From Chiloscyllium plagiosum (lineage: Eukaryota): a DNA stretch of 60,085 nt. The notes beneath the pieces were generated by a model that saw nothing but the letters and a program-made list of their open reading frames with translations, had not been told where the DNA came from and did not search any database. The translations under genes and the position numbers were made by a program. Below are positions 26,701 to 39,402 of this stretch, piece by piece (positions within the stretch are counted from its first letter, which is position 1; each line of letters opens with the position of its first letter). Where the stretch lies: assembly GCF_004010195.1 (NCBI RefSeq), contig NC_057720.1, positions 30,193,003 through 30,253,087 of the forward strand, read 5' to 3'.

Positions 26701-27680
26701 AGACAAACTCTCCTCAATGACCTGCCTTTCTGCAGCTGTGATACTCACTGATTAGCAAAGCCCACTCCTCCACCTCTTTTACCTCCCCCTTGCCCCCTGA
26801 TTCATTTTGAAACTTCTAAACTCTGGAACATCCAACAACTGTTTCTGCTCCTGTGATATCCAAGTCTCTGTAATGGCCACAACATCATAGCTCCAAGTAC
26901 TGATCCATGCTCTAAGTTTGTCAGCCTTATCCCGGATACTTCTTGTATTAAACAAACAATACACTTCAACCCATCACACTGACTGCATCTTTGCCGTTTC
27001 AAGTGCCTATCCCTCCTCACAGACTCTACATTCTGTATCTGGCTATTCACTAACTACTCCATGATCTGATCCATAGCTCTGGTTACCCTACCCTCCCCCC
27101 CCCCACCAATCTAGCTTAAAACCTCTTGAAAAGCTCTAGCAAACTTCCCCCGCCCAGTTTATTGGTGGACCTCCCCAGTTCAGGTGCAACCTGTCCTTCT
27201 TGTACAGGTCCCACCTTCCCTAGAAGATATCCTCATGATCCACATATCTGAAGCCTTCCCTCCTACACCAGTCTTGCAGCCATGTGTTCAACTGCACTTG
27301 CTCTCTGTTCCTAACCTCACTAGTACGTGGCACAAGTAGCAATCCAGAGATTATTACCCTGCTCTCCTACCATCTAGGTTCCAACCTAACTCCCTATATT
27401 CTCTTTTCTTACTTTGTCATTGGTACTATGTGTAGCACGACTTCTGGCTGCTCTCCCTCCCACTTAAGAATATTGTACACTTAATCTAAGATATTCCTGA
27501 TCCTGGCACCCCAGAGGCAACATACCATCTGGGAGTCTCATTTGCGCCCACTGAATCTCCTATCACTATCGCTCTCCTATCTGTCCCCCTTCCCTTCTGA
27601 GCCACACAGCCAGAAACCTGGCCGCTGAAGCTTTCCACTGGTAGGTAATTCCCCCAACAGTATCCAAAATGATATATTTA
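23705..27680 (-). mobile_element. Near full-length decayed CR1 LINE with nested insertions
   Basis: ORF1 remnant, endonuclease (AITETW, GDFNFPNIDW), RT (FADD) and 3' tail; nested CR1 tail at 23934-24045. Confidence 0.92.
25622..25928 (-). mobile_element. V-SINE nested in CR1
   Basis: V-domain and tail as in 1303-1610; host CR1 sequence resumes on both sides. Confidence 0.85.
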
Positions 27681-29169
27681 TTGTCTGTCAACTCTCACTA
27701 TCTTTGCCCCCTGATATACTACCTTTCTCTCTATGACAATATTGCTTTAAAATGTTTGAGGCATATGAATATTTTACCCATTTTCCCAACCTGTCACTGA
27801 AGAAATGTCAGGTATATGCTATCACACTTAGGTTGAGGATTAAGTTAAATTCTCAAATTTTTGACCAAATTGTCTCATTACCTTGTAAATCAATTTTGGG
27901 TTTACCTTATGAACTATCATTTTGAATGCCTCTAAGTTGGAGCAAATACATGAACCCTCTCCTCGGAGATAACTTACGCATTATTATGAAGGACAAGATA
28001 CTAATTGTCACCACAATTTTAAAACTTAGAATGCAGAGTGGATTAATTAACTGTAGAAACAGGACTACCCAGTAATTGGAAGAATATGGTTAAGTAATTA
28101 AAAGCAGAGTGTGGAAGCCATTTTCTTGGCTATGGCTTCCCTCCTGGTTAAAGAACCATTTTCTCGAAGTGCCCCTCACCCAGTACTCGGCATGTAGCTG
28201 TGAGAGGGAGCGTCGCAGCCTCCTGCACATAGTTTGTTTCCTCTCTCACTGATGTGCAATGCTAAAGTGTAGCTTATCTGTTCAAGACGCCAGTTTGCCT
28301 TTTCAATGTTTCCCCATTGTGATGTATTGCTAGAGCATGTTGCTTAGTTGCTCAGCATGCTTAGCCCTGTCAATTAGTTTACAATATATTGCCAATTTGT
28401 GTTGTTCCTTTAATTAAAGGCATCTGTCCTACATTTGTTATGGATCTCTGTAAACAGCATGTTAGGTGATAACTTTCAAACCTGTCTACTTGTGGAATGT
28501 GCAGCACCAATTTGGGCTGACCCCTGATTTGGTATCTCCTCGAACCATCCTGCCACTTTGTAATTAACAGTCAGCCTGTGTCTTGTTTTCTATATAATCC
28601 TGTAACTTTTGCTGTACTTTGAAGTCTTACCAAGCCACAGTGTGGGATGGTGGTCTCCCCACGATGCATCATGTAATAAACTGGCTAATGCTCAAGGTTT
28701 GCCTCTCGAGATTTTCTTCAATACAGATTTAATGGTGTACGGTTCAGGTCACTGATTCAGTCTTAGAATTCCTAAATTTTAAATTATAGTTGAGAGCCGA
28801 CTGAGATGACTGCAAATTGAAAACAAAATGCTCAGTTCCAACTAATTGGAAAACTGAGCATTTAAGATCATTGCAATGCAAGTCTATCAAATGCCATAGA
28901 GTTCCTGCAGTAGAGTTCATGTGTTGAACGATTTTTCCAGAAATTGTACAACCTTAGGGTGGTTTTAAATCCCTAAAAAAGTGTGTTTGGGCTATGCCAC
29001 AGATTAAAATGCAAAAAGAACCAAACAACACTGCAAAGGCACTTATCTCATTCACCCAATTCTTCGGCTCCTTTAATTCCACCACTTTCAAAAGTAACAG
29101 GATGAACAGTGAGTGACCAATTTGCTCAGACAACTTAGGTTCTCAGAGATTGAAAACTTTGCTAGCAAA

Positions 29170-30650
29170 AACAGGAAGGATAAATTCTAGATGTATTTAA
29201 AGCACCTTCACAAAATTCCTTGAAATTCTGCAAGACACTGCTTCATCTAGATCCAACACAGTACCCAGGAAACATACACTGTCCTGGTCTCTACTCATTG
29301 GTCCATCAGGATGACAACTGGGGCCCAGTTCAGATCATCAATAGAATTTCTCCACCCTCCATCTTTCTCATTTCCACCCCCAAAAATATCACTAATTTCC
29401 TCAATACATTCATTTGCTCTTTTTTGCTTCCAAATTTTGAAACAGGCTCCCTACTCAAAAGGGTCCAAGACTATTAGGCTACCATTTCCCAAAAAAAAGT
29501 GTCCGCAATAAAATGCTGGATATTCTGGTGAGCAGAGACAGTCCTTGACATTAAGGCCACATTTAACTGACTATGACATCAAGGAGCCCGAGCAAAAGTG
29601 GAATCAGAGATAGGGGGCAAGTTGCTTGCTGGTTGCAGTCATGCTTGGCACATAGGAAGATAGTCATGGTTGTTGGAGATCAGTCATCTCATCTCGAAGA
29701 TATCTCCGCACGAGTTCCTCAGGGTAGTGTCCTAGGCCCAAACATCTGCTGCTTCATCAATGACCTGCCCTCCATCATAAGGTCAGCAGTGGAGATGTTC
29801 AATAATGATTGCACAAAGTTCAGCACTATTTGTGACTCTTCAGATACTGAAGCAGTCCATGTTCAAATGCAACAAGATCTGGACAACAGTCCAGGTTTGG
29901 ACTGACAAGTGACAAGTAATATTAGTGCCACACAAATGCCAGGTTATGACCATCACCAGAGAGAATCTAATCACTACCCCTTGATAGTCAAATGGTGTTA
30001 CTATCACTGAATCCCCCATGATCAATATCCTGGGGGCTAACATTGACCAGAAACTCAACTGGACTCGACATAAACACAGCAGCTACAAGAACTGGTCAGA
30101 GGCTGAGAATCCAATGGTAAGTCACTCACCTAAGCCTATCCATCATCTACAAAGGTACAAGTCAGGACTGTGATGGAAAACTCCCCAACTTGCCTGGATG
30201 GGTGCAGCTTCAACAACACACAAGAAGCTTGAAACCATCTAGGACAAAGCAGCCTTCTTGATCGGCACTACATCCACAAGCATTCACATGCTCTCCTCTA
30301 CCAATGCTCAATAGCAGCAGTGTGTACTGTCTAAGATGCACTACAGAAATTCACCAACGATCCTTAGACAGCACCTTCCAAACCCATGACCACTTTCAAC
30401 AAGAAGTACAAAGGCAGCAGAAATTTGGGACCACCTTCAAGTTCTCCTCCAAGCCACTGTCATTCTGATATGGAAACATATTGCTGTTCCTTCACTGGCA
30501 TGGAGTCAAAATCCTGGAATTCTCTCCCTCAGTGGGTCATTGTAGGTCAACCTATAGCAGTTACCACCATCTTTAAGGGCAATTGGGGACAGGCAATAAA
30601 TGCTAGTCAACCAGCAAAGCCCATGTCCCACAAGCAAATAAAACTAAAGC
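29170..30650 (+). mobile_element. Decayed CR1-clade LINE (same family as 8760-10730)
   Basis: VPQGSVLGPNICCFINDLP RT motif and shared 3' tail. Confidence 0.75.
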
Positions 30651-30896
30651 ATTTTTCTGGGCTTCCTGACTTCAGTAGATGTGCAACCCATCCCAAAAGA
30701 GAATTTGCCTCCAGGCTAATAATTCAGGTCTCATCTCTTAGAAGTCATATGCTTGGGTTCATGTTCCTCAATCTCTTGGGATGGTTGTATCAGCTCTGGT
30801 ATAGATGGAACTGTTCCACTCTAATCCTCCACTCCAACTAATACCTATTTCAAACAAATAACTAACTACACGTAAATGAGCTGGCTTCATATTCAC

Positions 30897-30995
30897 CTTC
30901 TGAGGAAGGGTCACTCAACCTAAACATTAACTCTGATTTTTCTCCGCAGTTTCTGCCAGACCTGCGGAGCTTTTCCAGCAATTTCTGTTTTGTTT
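30897..30995 (+). mobile_element. Decayed PLE-terminus mini-element
   Basis: CTGAGGAAGGGTCACTCAACCTAAAC (degenerate hammerhead) followed by GACCTGCGGAGCTTTTCCAGCA. Confidence 0.6.
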
Positions 30996-31554
30996 CACAT
31001 TCACTTTCTTGATCACAGACAACTTGAACAATTAAATGATGCATTTAACTTTGCCAGTAATTAGCTAGTATAACCATGCAATGAGTTTTATAACCGCTTG
31101 CCCACCCATGAAGAAAATTTGTACTTGCAAGGTATTATACTTATGAAGGGAAGGATTACACAAAGACTACAGATGACAAAGAAAATCTTTTAATTAGCAT
31201 GAAAATGCAACATAGCTAAAGAGAATCTGTGAAGTATGACAAATACTTGCTTATACATTTTAAATTTAAAGAGAAACCTTGTTCAGTTAATTGACTAATT
31301 TGGGTGATATGTTGAAGAGGGGTTCACCTTCTACAGTATCATTCATTTCTAATGATCATAAAAGTTCCTGGAAGGTGCCAGAATTACTAAGATGGGAATC
31401 AGTAGGGATACCAGATCTTATTTACCTCCCACCACTTTCTCAATCATTTAGTAAATACAGGAACAGGATTAATATTAACAACCAATTCCTGAGCTCACTG
31501 TTAATATTGAGCATTTTATCACTGGCCAGGAATATTCTGCTTCAATAAACATGA

Positions 31555-31634
31555 TTTATTTAAGTTAAACTTCCCAGTATTCACTTTATTGATAGACATC
31601 GTGGGCAGGGCTATGTTTCAGCTCCAACTTTATT
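31555..31634 (-). terminator. Cluster of three AATAAA signals in the PIGB 3' UTR
   Basis: tttatt on + strand at 31555-31560, 31585-31590 and 31629-31634. Confidence 0.6.
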
Positions 31635-31820
31635 TGGAGAGTACGTTTTCATCAATTTTAAAGAACACTTCCCATTGAATAGTTGCACAGATACCATGCT
31701 ACATCAACTCAGTTATCCAAAAACAAAACAGGCATAATTTGGGAGAGAAAGAACATTTATAAAAAAAAACAGTTGAGATAGTAGAAATATTTACATACAA
31801 GTTTAAAACATAAACAAGTG

Positions 31821-31949
31821 TCATCTATTATCCATCATCTTCCTTTCATATACGTGAATATGACTTCCTATCCGACCATCTGGCAGATGAGTGTGAAACA
31901 ATACTGCAGTTTTCACATAGCCCCTGGTCATCAGAAATGGTTCTATTTT
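31821..31949 (-). CDS. PIGB: PIGB exon 12, terminal coding part (KIEPFLMTRGY...FHTHLPDGRIGSHIHVYERKMMDNR*)
   Basis: AAG acceptor after a pyrimidine tract; FHTHLPxGRIGSHI motif; TGA at 31823-31821. Confidence 0.92.
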   Translation of the reverse strand, partial: KIEPFLMTRGYVKTAVLFHTHLPDGRIGSHIHVYERKMMDNR

Positions 31950-32419
31950 CTTTGAGACAGAAACAAAATTTTAAGATTAGAAAATGCACAAAATTGCAGC
32001 ATTTTTAAATCTGTTCATAGTTACTGTTCACAAATATGCTGGTTAGTTTAACTTGAAGAGATTTGTTAACATTATATAATAAATTTCCTCAACATTCCCA
32101 CATCCATACTTTATTTTAGACCAAAGAACAGGGTAGAACCAGCTGCTCCATAGATCTTTCCGCAGCACTTTTATTGCCAGTTAATGCAACCTACTTTACC
32201 CTCATTTGACAGTAGTCAATGCATAATTTAAATAACAAATGAGGAAGAGAATTAAATAGAAATTTAAATTGAAAACAATTTACTGCTAAAAGGCTTTCCA
32301 CACAAATCTAAATTATCCCTGAAAAAGACACTCCGCTTTCACATCAAGGTTCAGCTACCTTCAACATGTTGTTGAAGATGATCAATCATCTTCATCACTT
32401 CTTCAAAAAAAAACCTCAA

Positions 32420-33200
32420 TCAAATTGGAGAGTCAAGGCCACCCCCACATAAAGCCATGCTGACTATCTCTAATAAGTACACTCTTTGACAAATGTGAGT
32501 AAATCTTATTGCGAAGAACCTTCTCCAATAATTCTCTACCACTTATGTAAGGCTCACCAGCCTATAATTCCCCGGATTATCCCTATTGCCTTCCGAAAGA
32601 AAAGGAACAACACCGGCCATTCTCCCATCTTTTGGAAGAGGATACAAAGATCTCTGTCAAAGCACTAGCATTCACCTCCCTTGCCTCCTTTGGTATCCTA
32701 GACTAGATCTCATCAGGACCTGGGGACTCATGTACCTTAATACTTTTCAAGACACCAACACCACTTCTTTCTTAATACTGACATGCCCCAGAATATCAGC
32801 ATACCCATCTCTAATCTTACCATCATCTGTGCCCTTCTCCTTGGTGCATACCAATGTGAAGTACTCATTAAGGAATTAACCCACTTCCCTGACTTCATAA
32901 ATGTCCACCTTTGTCCTTGAGTGGATCTACCTTTTTCCTACTTACTCTCCTGCTCCTGCATGTAGGGATTCTCCTTAATCCTACTTACCAAGGACATTTC
33001 ATGGTCCCTTCTAGCCCTCTTAACTTCTTTTCTGCTTCCTTTATACTGGAGACCCTTGTTTGAATTCCATTTCCTAAGCCTTACTTACACTTCCTTTTCC
33101 TTTTCAATGAAACTTTTAATATCGCTTGTCAATCAAGGTTCCCAAATCTTGCCATTCTTACCTTTCATCCTCTTAGGAACATTCTAGTCCTAAACTCCAA
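32420..33200 (-). mobile_element. Decayed CR1 ORF2 fragment
   Basis: LNEYF, PGPDEI and NYR.VSL-like remnants on the minus strand. Confidence 0.7.
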
Positions 33201-33545
33201 TCCCTCCCACAGTAGTTAAAATGTTCCTGAGTGAGGTTACCAGCAAATCTCTCTTCATGGTGCCATTCATGTTTTGGTGCAACCCACACAACAGAAGGTT
33301 AAATAGAGTTAAAAAGGATGTGAAAGTGAATCTCCTTCTCTAAAGATCAACAGTAAACCAGGTGTGTTTTTCAATAATCTATCAGTCTCTTGGCCACCAT
33401 TACAAACATCAGTTTTTGTTTTCCCAGATTTGTTGAATTAATTGAATTGAAATTTGACATTTTTCTGAACTTTTTTGATAAAGCTTCTGGATTACTATTC
33501 CTGCAATACAATTACAAAGATGATCATTTTTTATATTGACTCCAG

Positions 33546-33761
33546 TATGATCGATTCTGCTACAACGCAGTAGTTCCATTCTCATGCAATCCTGTGTTAA
33601 GAAAAATCACATAATACCAGCAACGTCGAAACTAACGGGGGCAGAATCACTTTATAACCAACATATGCTTAAAAGTTTGTGCTTTAGAAAGTGTCCCATC
33701 TTGTCAACTGTTGTAACAAATTCACATTAACAAAACACACATGATAGCAAAACAACCTGTA
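33546..33761. mobile_element. Possible Tc1/mariner (Tigger/pogo-like) MITE
   Basis: Imperfect terminal inverted repeats (TATGATCGATTCTGCTAC and GATAGCAAAACAACCTGTA) with TA ends. Confidence 0.4.
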
Positions 33762-33778
33762 ATAAAATACATACTTAC

Positions 33779-33959
33779 CTGCTCTATTACATTATAAAAT
33801 ACTAAGTGAGTGGGAAGCGAGGCTTGGCCAGAAAATCTTATGTTCAACCACTTAAGTGGCTCCTCAAAAAACAAATCAGCTTCATCAATATAGCTATTGT
33901 TCCCAGTCAAATCTGGAGGACATTCTAGAAAATGCATTTTTATTGGGCAATGAACATGG
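33779..33959 (-). CDS. PIGB: PIGB exon 11 (HVHCPIKMHFLECPPDL...LPTHLVFYNVIEQ)
   Basis: 181 nt; CAG acceptor, GTAAGT donor. Confidence 0.95.
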
Positions 33960-34284
33960 CTGTGGAGAAACAAAAAGTAATTTAGTCATGCAGATAATCT
34001 CCATTCACCATACAAGTTTTAAGAATAAATGCTTTTATTAATTATTTCCTCCTCACCTACCTTTTTTGTCACCTCTAATCAACTGATTTTTCTAGCTATA
34101 GAAGAGTAGGCTGGAGACCTACTCTCATGTCAGTCAATAGAATGATTAGCAGCTTACAATTTTCTCTCCGTATCCAAAAATAAGGGTATTGTCTGTCAAG
34201 ATTACTAAACTTCAATAATGATCACATATTTATGAAAGAGAGATCTGTATTTTCTTTTTGAAATGTGATGATCTTTAGTATTGC

Positions 34285-34770
34285 TAAAAAAACCTGACAT
34301 TTAACACTTTTCATCTTGCACTCATCAGGACAATTTGCAAGAATATTAATCCAAAGGAAAACTCTATTCATACTGCATGAAAAGAGACTGATTAGTTGGC
34401 AGGTATTAGAGGCATTGTAAAGGCATTGCCATTGAGAGTGTACCCTTTAAAGCTGATTGACAAATAACTGCCACACTCTGTTTAAATTCAAATAAGACAA
34501 GTCAACCGACAGAGTCACGGCATTGCCGAGAAATGTACTCACAAATGGTGGTCACCTATTTGTGGAGTTCAAACAGGCATAGTGAATGTCACATTTTCTC
34601 TGTGTGCAAAATCCAGATCCCTGTGTATTGATATACTCAACACCCAACACACACAAATGTGCCCCACTGCAAACTGACAATCCTAACTTGGTTGTCAGCA
34701 TAAATCTTCAAGTACATAGGATTGTCCAGCAAATGTTGCTCATTGAAGAACCATGTCTAATTTTGGACAT
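34285..34770 (-). mobile_element. Third PLE family: GIY-YIG C-terminal remnant with hammerhead-like terminus
   Basis: QHLLDNP...YADNQ.RI peptide near 34660-34745; CTGATGA-GTGCAAGAT-GAAA at 34328-34309. Confidence 0.55.
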
Positions 34771-36499
34771 GGTGTTGGGAATTTTTCAAGTGCAAGATGG
34801 TTAGGTACAGTCGATGCCTTGCTTATTGCAAACACCCTGAGGGATATGCTGTTTGAGATGCTATGCCAGTCTCTGGAATGTATGGTCAACATACCTGGTA
34901 TCACAGTGAAATTCATTGGCTTTTCTTTGATATTATTATTTCAGGGAAGAAGCCATATGGCTAGGTCAAAAGTAAGTTTAATGGTTTTATTGCTGTTTTT
35001 AATGTCTCAAACTAATGCAAACTTAGGTTAAGGATGTTTGAGGTGAAAAGTTATTGCTCAAAGACATAGCTTCACTTGAAAATGATTTGATTTTTCAACT
35101 TAAAATATGTAGCATGCCTATGTTGATCAGTTTTATGATTATTTTGAGCTTTAAGGTATCAATAGTTACTGTGGAATCACGCATGGTTCATGTCATTAAA
35201 GGATATTAATAATTTTTCCTATTAATTGGGATAATAGTTAATTACTAGAAGGATACATTCCATGCTCCAGGCAGACACATTTATTGTTCAGTGAGACGAT
35301 CTTATCTTGGAATTGATAAGTTGAGAGGGTCAAACTGTTATAAGGTTGGCTGTTCAATAAAATGTTAAAGAATGAATGAGGTGACAGTCAGAAGTGATGT
35401 AACTAAGAAAACTATTTTAAAAAGGAACAAATCAAGAATTGGGCACATGTTGCTTTGCCAATCTAAGACTCGCCATGAGCTGTTCATGCACTAAATAATC
35501 AATTAAAGTTCAGGATGTGTTTGATCATGCATGGGGTAATGTTAGAAAGGGTCAATAAAGTCTGAGTTTTTATGTTTTCATATATGAGAAAGATGACCAA
35601 GTACAGAAGAACAGCTTTAACAAACACAAGAGACCCAGTCAAGCAGTGTCACAAAATGATGTTTCAGTTTGTAAAGTCATTGCCTCAAGTATAATTCTTT
35701 TGGACATATTTAGATAAAGAATCAATTCTGTAAATCTTGTGAAAACATTTTTGTACCTGAAATGGATCTTTTAACTAATCAGTACTAGTACATCTTAACT
35801 GGCTCTTTTTCGAAACTCTGGCTTTTGAAGCGAAATGTTTTTGTCCCTACTGCTGAGCAAGGAGGCCCAGGTTCAAGTCTACCTGCTCCAGACATGTGTA
35901 ACAACATCTCTGAACAGCCCAATTAGAAACTCTATAATATAAATTGACTGAGGTTTTACAAATAAAGCTAAAGTGCATCCTAAACACTTGCACAAGTGCC
36001 TACATAGCTGGAACAAAATTTTCACGATTAACCGAAGACATTTGGCTGACTGTACAATTATCCTAAAATTAGAATGATAAATGGAGTGGACACATTGTAA
36101 CTGAACTTACCAAACAAAGAATTAATATCAACCATTCTACCACCAGTCTTTATCAAATAAATAGCAGTTTCATATTTTGCAAGGGCTACATGCTCATAAT
36201 GATTATTCGAAGTATTATTTTAAGGATAGCTTTATTAACTTTGTCTTCAATCTTTGCAACACAATAGCAATTAGAAAAGCTATTCTCCCACCTCTGTTCA
36301 TCCACCCAAAGATGATATAGCAGCCTCACTAAATCAAACCATTTTTCAGCACCTTGCACAAAATAAATCACTCCTACTAACTCTGAAATTGCAAGCATCC
36401 AATAGTGCAAAATATATATCTACATATACAAGGTATTTAAAATCCCATCGTATTGTAAGCTCTCAATTTCTATATTAGATTGCATTGTATTTAACTTGC

Positions 36500-36713
36500 C
36501 TGTAAAATGGTGTTGAATGACAGGGCATCAGAAAGAACAAGGAGGGCTCATCTTTCTCCAACGTGTCCTCGCAGAGATGTTGAACATTCTGCATTACGTC
36601 CAGTGTTCCACGCTGGTGAATTAATCCAGTATACAAAACTACAGACATATTTGCAACCAATAGTAAACAGGCTGCTGGCTTCTTCCATGTTTTCAAATTA
36701 GCCAACGAGTAGC
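36500..36713 (-). CDS. PIGB: PIGB exon 10 (YSLANLKTWKKPA...HQRGTLDVM...MPCHSTPFY)
   Basis: 214 nt; TAG acceptor; non-canonical donor AG|GCAAGT needed for frame. Confidence 0.94.
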
Positions 36714-37124
36714 CTAATCAAAACAAGAAATTAAACCAGCAATTAAATATACAATTCCACTTAAGTGAACACAAATAAGGAAATCTAAACCCTGCAATAT
36801 TTTCTGTAAACACAGGGAGTAACTAATATATTGGTCAAGTAAATAATTTTAGTCCTTCGTTTCAGTTATGCAAACTTTGATAAAGAGTATGCATTTGACA
36901 AGGTTGACAAACTTTCAATCACAAGTTTGCATAATCTAAAAGTAATTCAACAACTCCCAAGTTACTAATTTAGTTAAAGTACAAAACTATATATCACACA
37001 ACTGTCTACATAAAGTGATAATGGAAGAAACTACGAAGAGAAATTCTTTGAGTCAAAGTGCCTCATGAAATAAACAGGTCAAAGCCAAAAAAGTAAATCT
37101 TTTGAAAAACCAATCTCCTCTGAA

Positions 37125-37316
37125 AGAGGAATAGGTAGAAGCAGATACAGTTACAAAATTTAAAAGGACATTTGGACAAGTACATGAATAGGAAAGGTTT
37201 ACGGGGATATGAGCCAAATGCAGGCAAGCGGGATGAATCTAGTTTGGGAACCTTAGTCAGCATGGATGGACTGGACTGTAAGGTCTGTTTCCATGCTGTA
37301 TGATTATATGACTCTA
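37125..37316 (+). mobile_element. CR1 3' end fragment
   Basis: Same 3' tail as 14780-14960. Confidence 0.8.
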
Positions 37317-37685
37317 CAATCCTAAAATTGCCCGCTCATTGCAAATATGGAAAATGTGTTAATTATTTTATTTCAATTGGAAACAGTAAGCATGGAGTTG
37401 ATTGTTACTTAAATGGAAAAAGGCTGCTGAAAGATACAGAACAGAGACATTTTAGATCATAAAAATGAATCACAAAAAGCTAGCATCCAAGTTCAGCAAA
37501 TAATAGACAAGGTAAATTGAATGTTGACCTTTATTTCAAAGAGAATGGATTAATCAAGTAGGGAGAAATGGCTAAGACTATACAAGGAGGAGAAAGTGAG
37601 GTCTGCAGATGCTGGAGATCAGAGATGGAAATGTGTTGCTGGAAAAGCGCAGCAGGTCAGGCAGCATCTAGGGAACAGGAGAATC

Positions 37686-37713
37686 GACGTTTCGGGCATT
37701 AGCCCTTCTTCAG
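37686..37713 (-). ncRNA. Minimal type-I hammerhead ribozyme core (PIGB sense strand)
   Basis: CTGAAGA-A-GGGC TAAT GCCC-GAAA-CG-TC; stem II intact; palindromic ACGT stem III as in PLE minimal hammerheads. Confidence 0.75.
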
Positions 37714-37725
37714 GAAGGCCAAGTC

Positions 37726-37753
37726 CTGAAGAAGGGCTAATGCCCGAAACGTC
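37726..37753 (+). ncRNA. Mirror-image minimal hammerhead core
   Basis: Exact reverse complement of 37686-37713. Confidence 0.75.
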
Positions 37754-38169
37754 GATTCTCCTGTTCCCTAGATGCTGCCTGACCTGCTGCGCTTTTCCAG
37801 CAACACATTTCCATCTAAGACTATACAAGGCACAAGTCAAACCATAGCTGGAATCCTACAAACAGCACTTATCGAAAGAAAGATATTCTTGCACTGGAGG
37901 CAGGTAAGAGAGGATTCATTAAGTTCAGCATGTATGTCTTGTGACTATAGGTTCAGCATGTACTGATTGGAATTTAGAAACATGAGAAGTGACCTTATTG
38001 AAATATACAAAACTTTTGGAGATTATGACAAGGTAGATGAGAAGAGATTGGTTTCCTTTTTGGGAGATTCGAGGACCACAGGGCAGAACTCAGAAAACAG
38101 GTTGCACATCTACAACAGAAATGAGGAGGAATTTCTTCTCTCAGAGGATGGAGGTCTATGGAATTCTTT

Positions 38170-39117
38170 TATATAAATGATTTGGATATGAACATAGGAG
38201 ATATAATTAGTAAGTTTGCAGATGACACCAAAATTGGAGGTGTAGGAGACAGCGAAGAGGGTTACCTCAGAGCACAACAGGATCTTAATCAGATGTGCTA
38301 GTGGGCTGAGGAGTGGCAGATGGAGTTTAGTTTAGATAAATGCGAGATGCGGCATCTTGAGCAGCAAATCTTAGCAGAACTTATACACTGAATGGTAAGG
38401 TCCTAGGGAGTGTTGCTGAACAAAGAGGTCTTGGAGTGAGGTTCATAGCTCCTTGAAAGTAGAGGTGCAGGTAGATAGTACAGTGAAAAAGGCATTTGGT
38501 ATGTTTCCCTTTATTGGTCAGAGTACAGGAGTTGGACGGTCATGTTGCGGCTATACAGGACATTGGTTAGGCCACTTTTGGAATATTGTGTGCAATTCTG
38601 GTCTTCTTGCTGTTGGAAGGTTGTTGTGAAACTTGAAAGGGTTCAGAAAAGATTTACAAGGATGTTGCCAGGATTGGAGGATTTGAGCTAGAGGAAGAGC
38701 CGAACAGGCTAGGGCTGTTTTCCCTGGAGCATTGGAGGCTGAGAGGTGACCTTATAGAAGTTTATAAAATCATGAGGGGCATGGACAGGATAAAAAGACA
38801 AAGTCTTTTCCCTGGGCTGGGGAAGTCCAGAACTAGACAGCATAGGTTTAGGGTGAGTGGGGAAAGATATAAAAGGGACCTAAGGAGCAATGCTTTCATG
38901 CAGAGGATGATGAGTGTATGGAATGAGCTGCCAGAAGTAGTGGTGGAGGCTGATACAATTACAGCATTTAAAAGGCATCTGGATGGGTGTATGAATAGGA
39001 AGGGTTTAAGAGTGGCCAAGTGCTGGCAAATGGGACTAGATTAGCTTAGGATATCTGGTCGGCATGAACGATTTTGAATGAAGGGTCTGTTTCCATGCTG
39101 TACATCTCTATGACTAT
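38170..39117 (+). mobile_element. CR1 RT/3' end inserted into an older CR1 (about 37330-38170 and 39118-39295)
   Basis: INDLD...FADDTKIGG, YCVQFWS and 3' tail ending CTCTATGACTATG. Confidence 0.9.
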
Positions 39118-39337
39118 GGCTATCTCGGCAGAGTCATTGAGTACATTCAAGGCTAAAATAGAGTCATTTTTAATCAGTAAGGGAATCAAGGTATTGGGGA
39201 AAGGGCAGGAAATGGAATGGAGGATCAGCCATGATCTCATTGAATGGGAGAGCAGAGTCAATGGACTGAATGGCTTACTTCTGTTCCTACATCTTAATAT
39301 TTAAATCTAAAGATAAAAGTATGAAAAGAATGCTTAC

Positions 39338-39402
39338 CACAAAACAACATGCAGAAAGGCATTACTGGATAAATAAACCTGAATTCCTTATGGCTTAAGA
39401 AA
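39338..39402 (-). CDS. PIGB: PIGB exon 9 ([21 protein letters not shown])
   Basis: 65 nt; CAG acceptor, GTAAGC donor; GT22 HKEFRF motif. Confidence 0.96.

Larger units (their letters stand above)
37588..37814 (-). mobile_element. Non-autonomous PLE-derived hairpin element with 16-bp TSD
   Basis: Perfect 93-bp inverted repeat (37623-37715 and 37724-37816) with an 8-nt spacer; TSD CTAAGACTATACAAGG at 37572-37587 and 37815-37830. Confidence 0.92.

Noticed and set aside
37596..37847. Mirror ORFs on both strands encoding near-identical peptides
   Set aside because: Artefact of the perfect inverted repeat; no protein family recognised.
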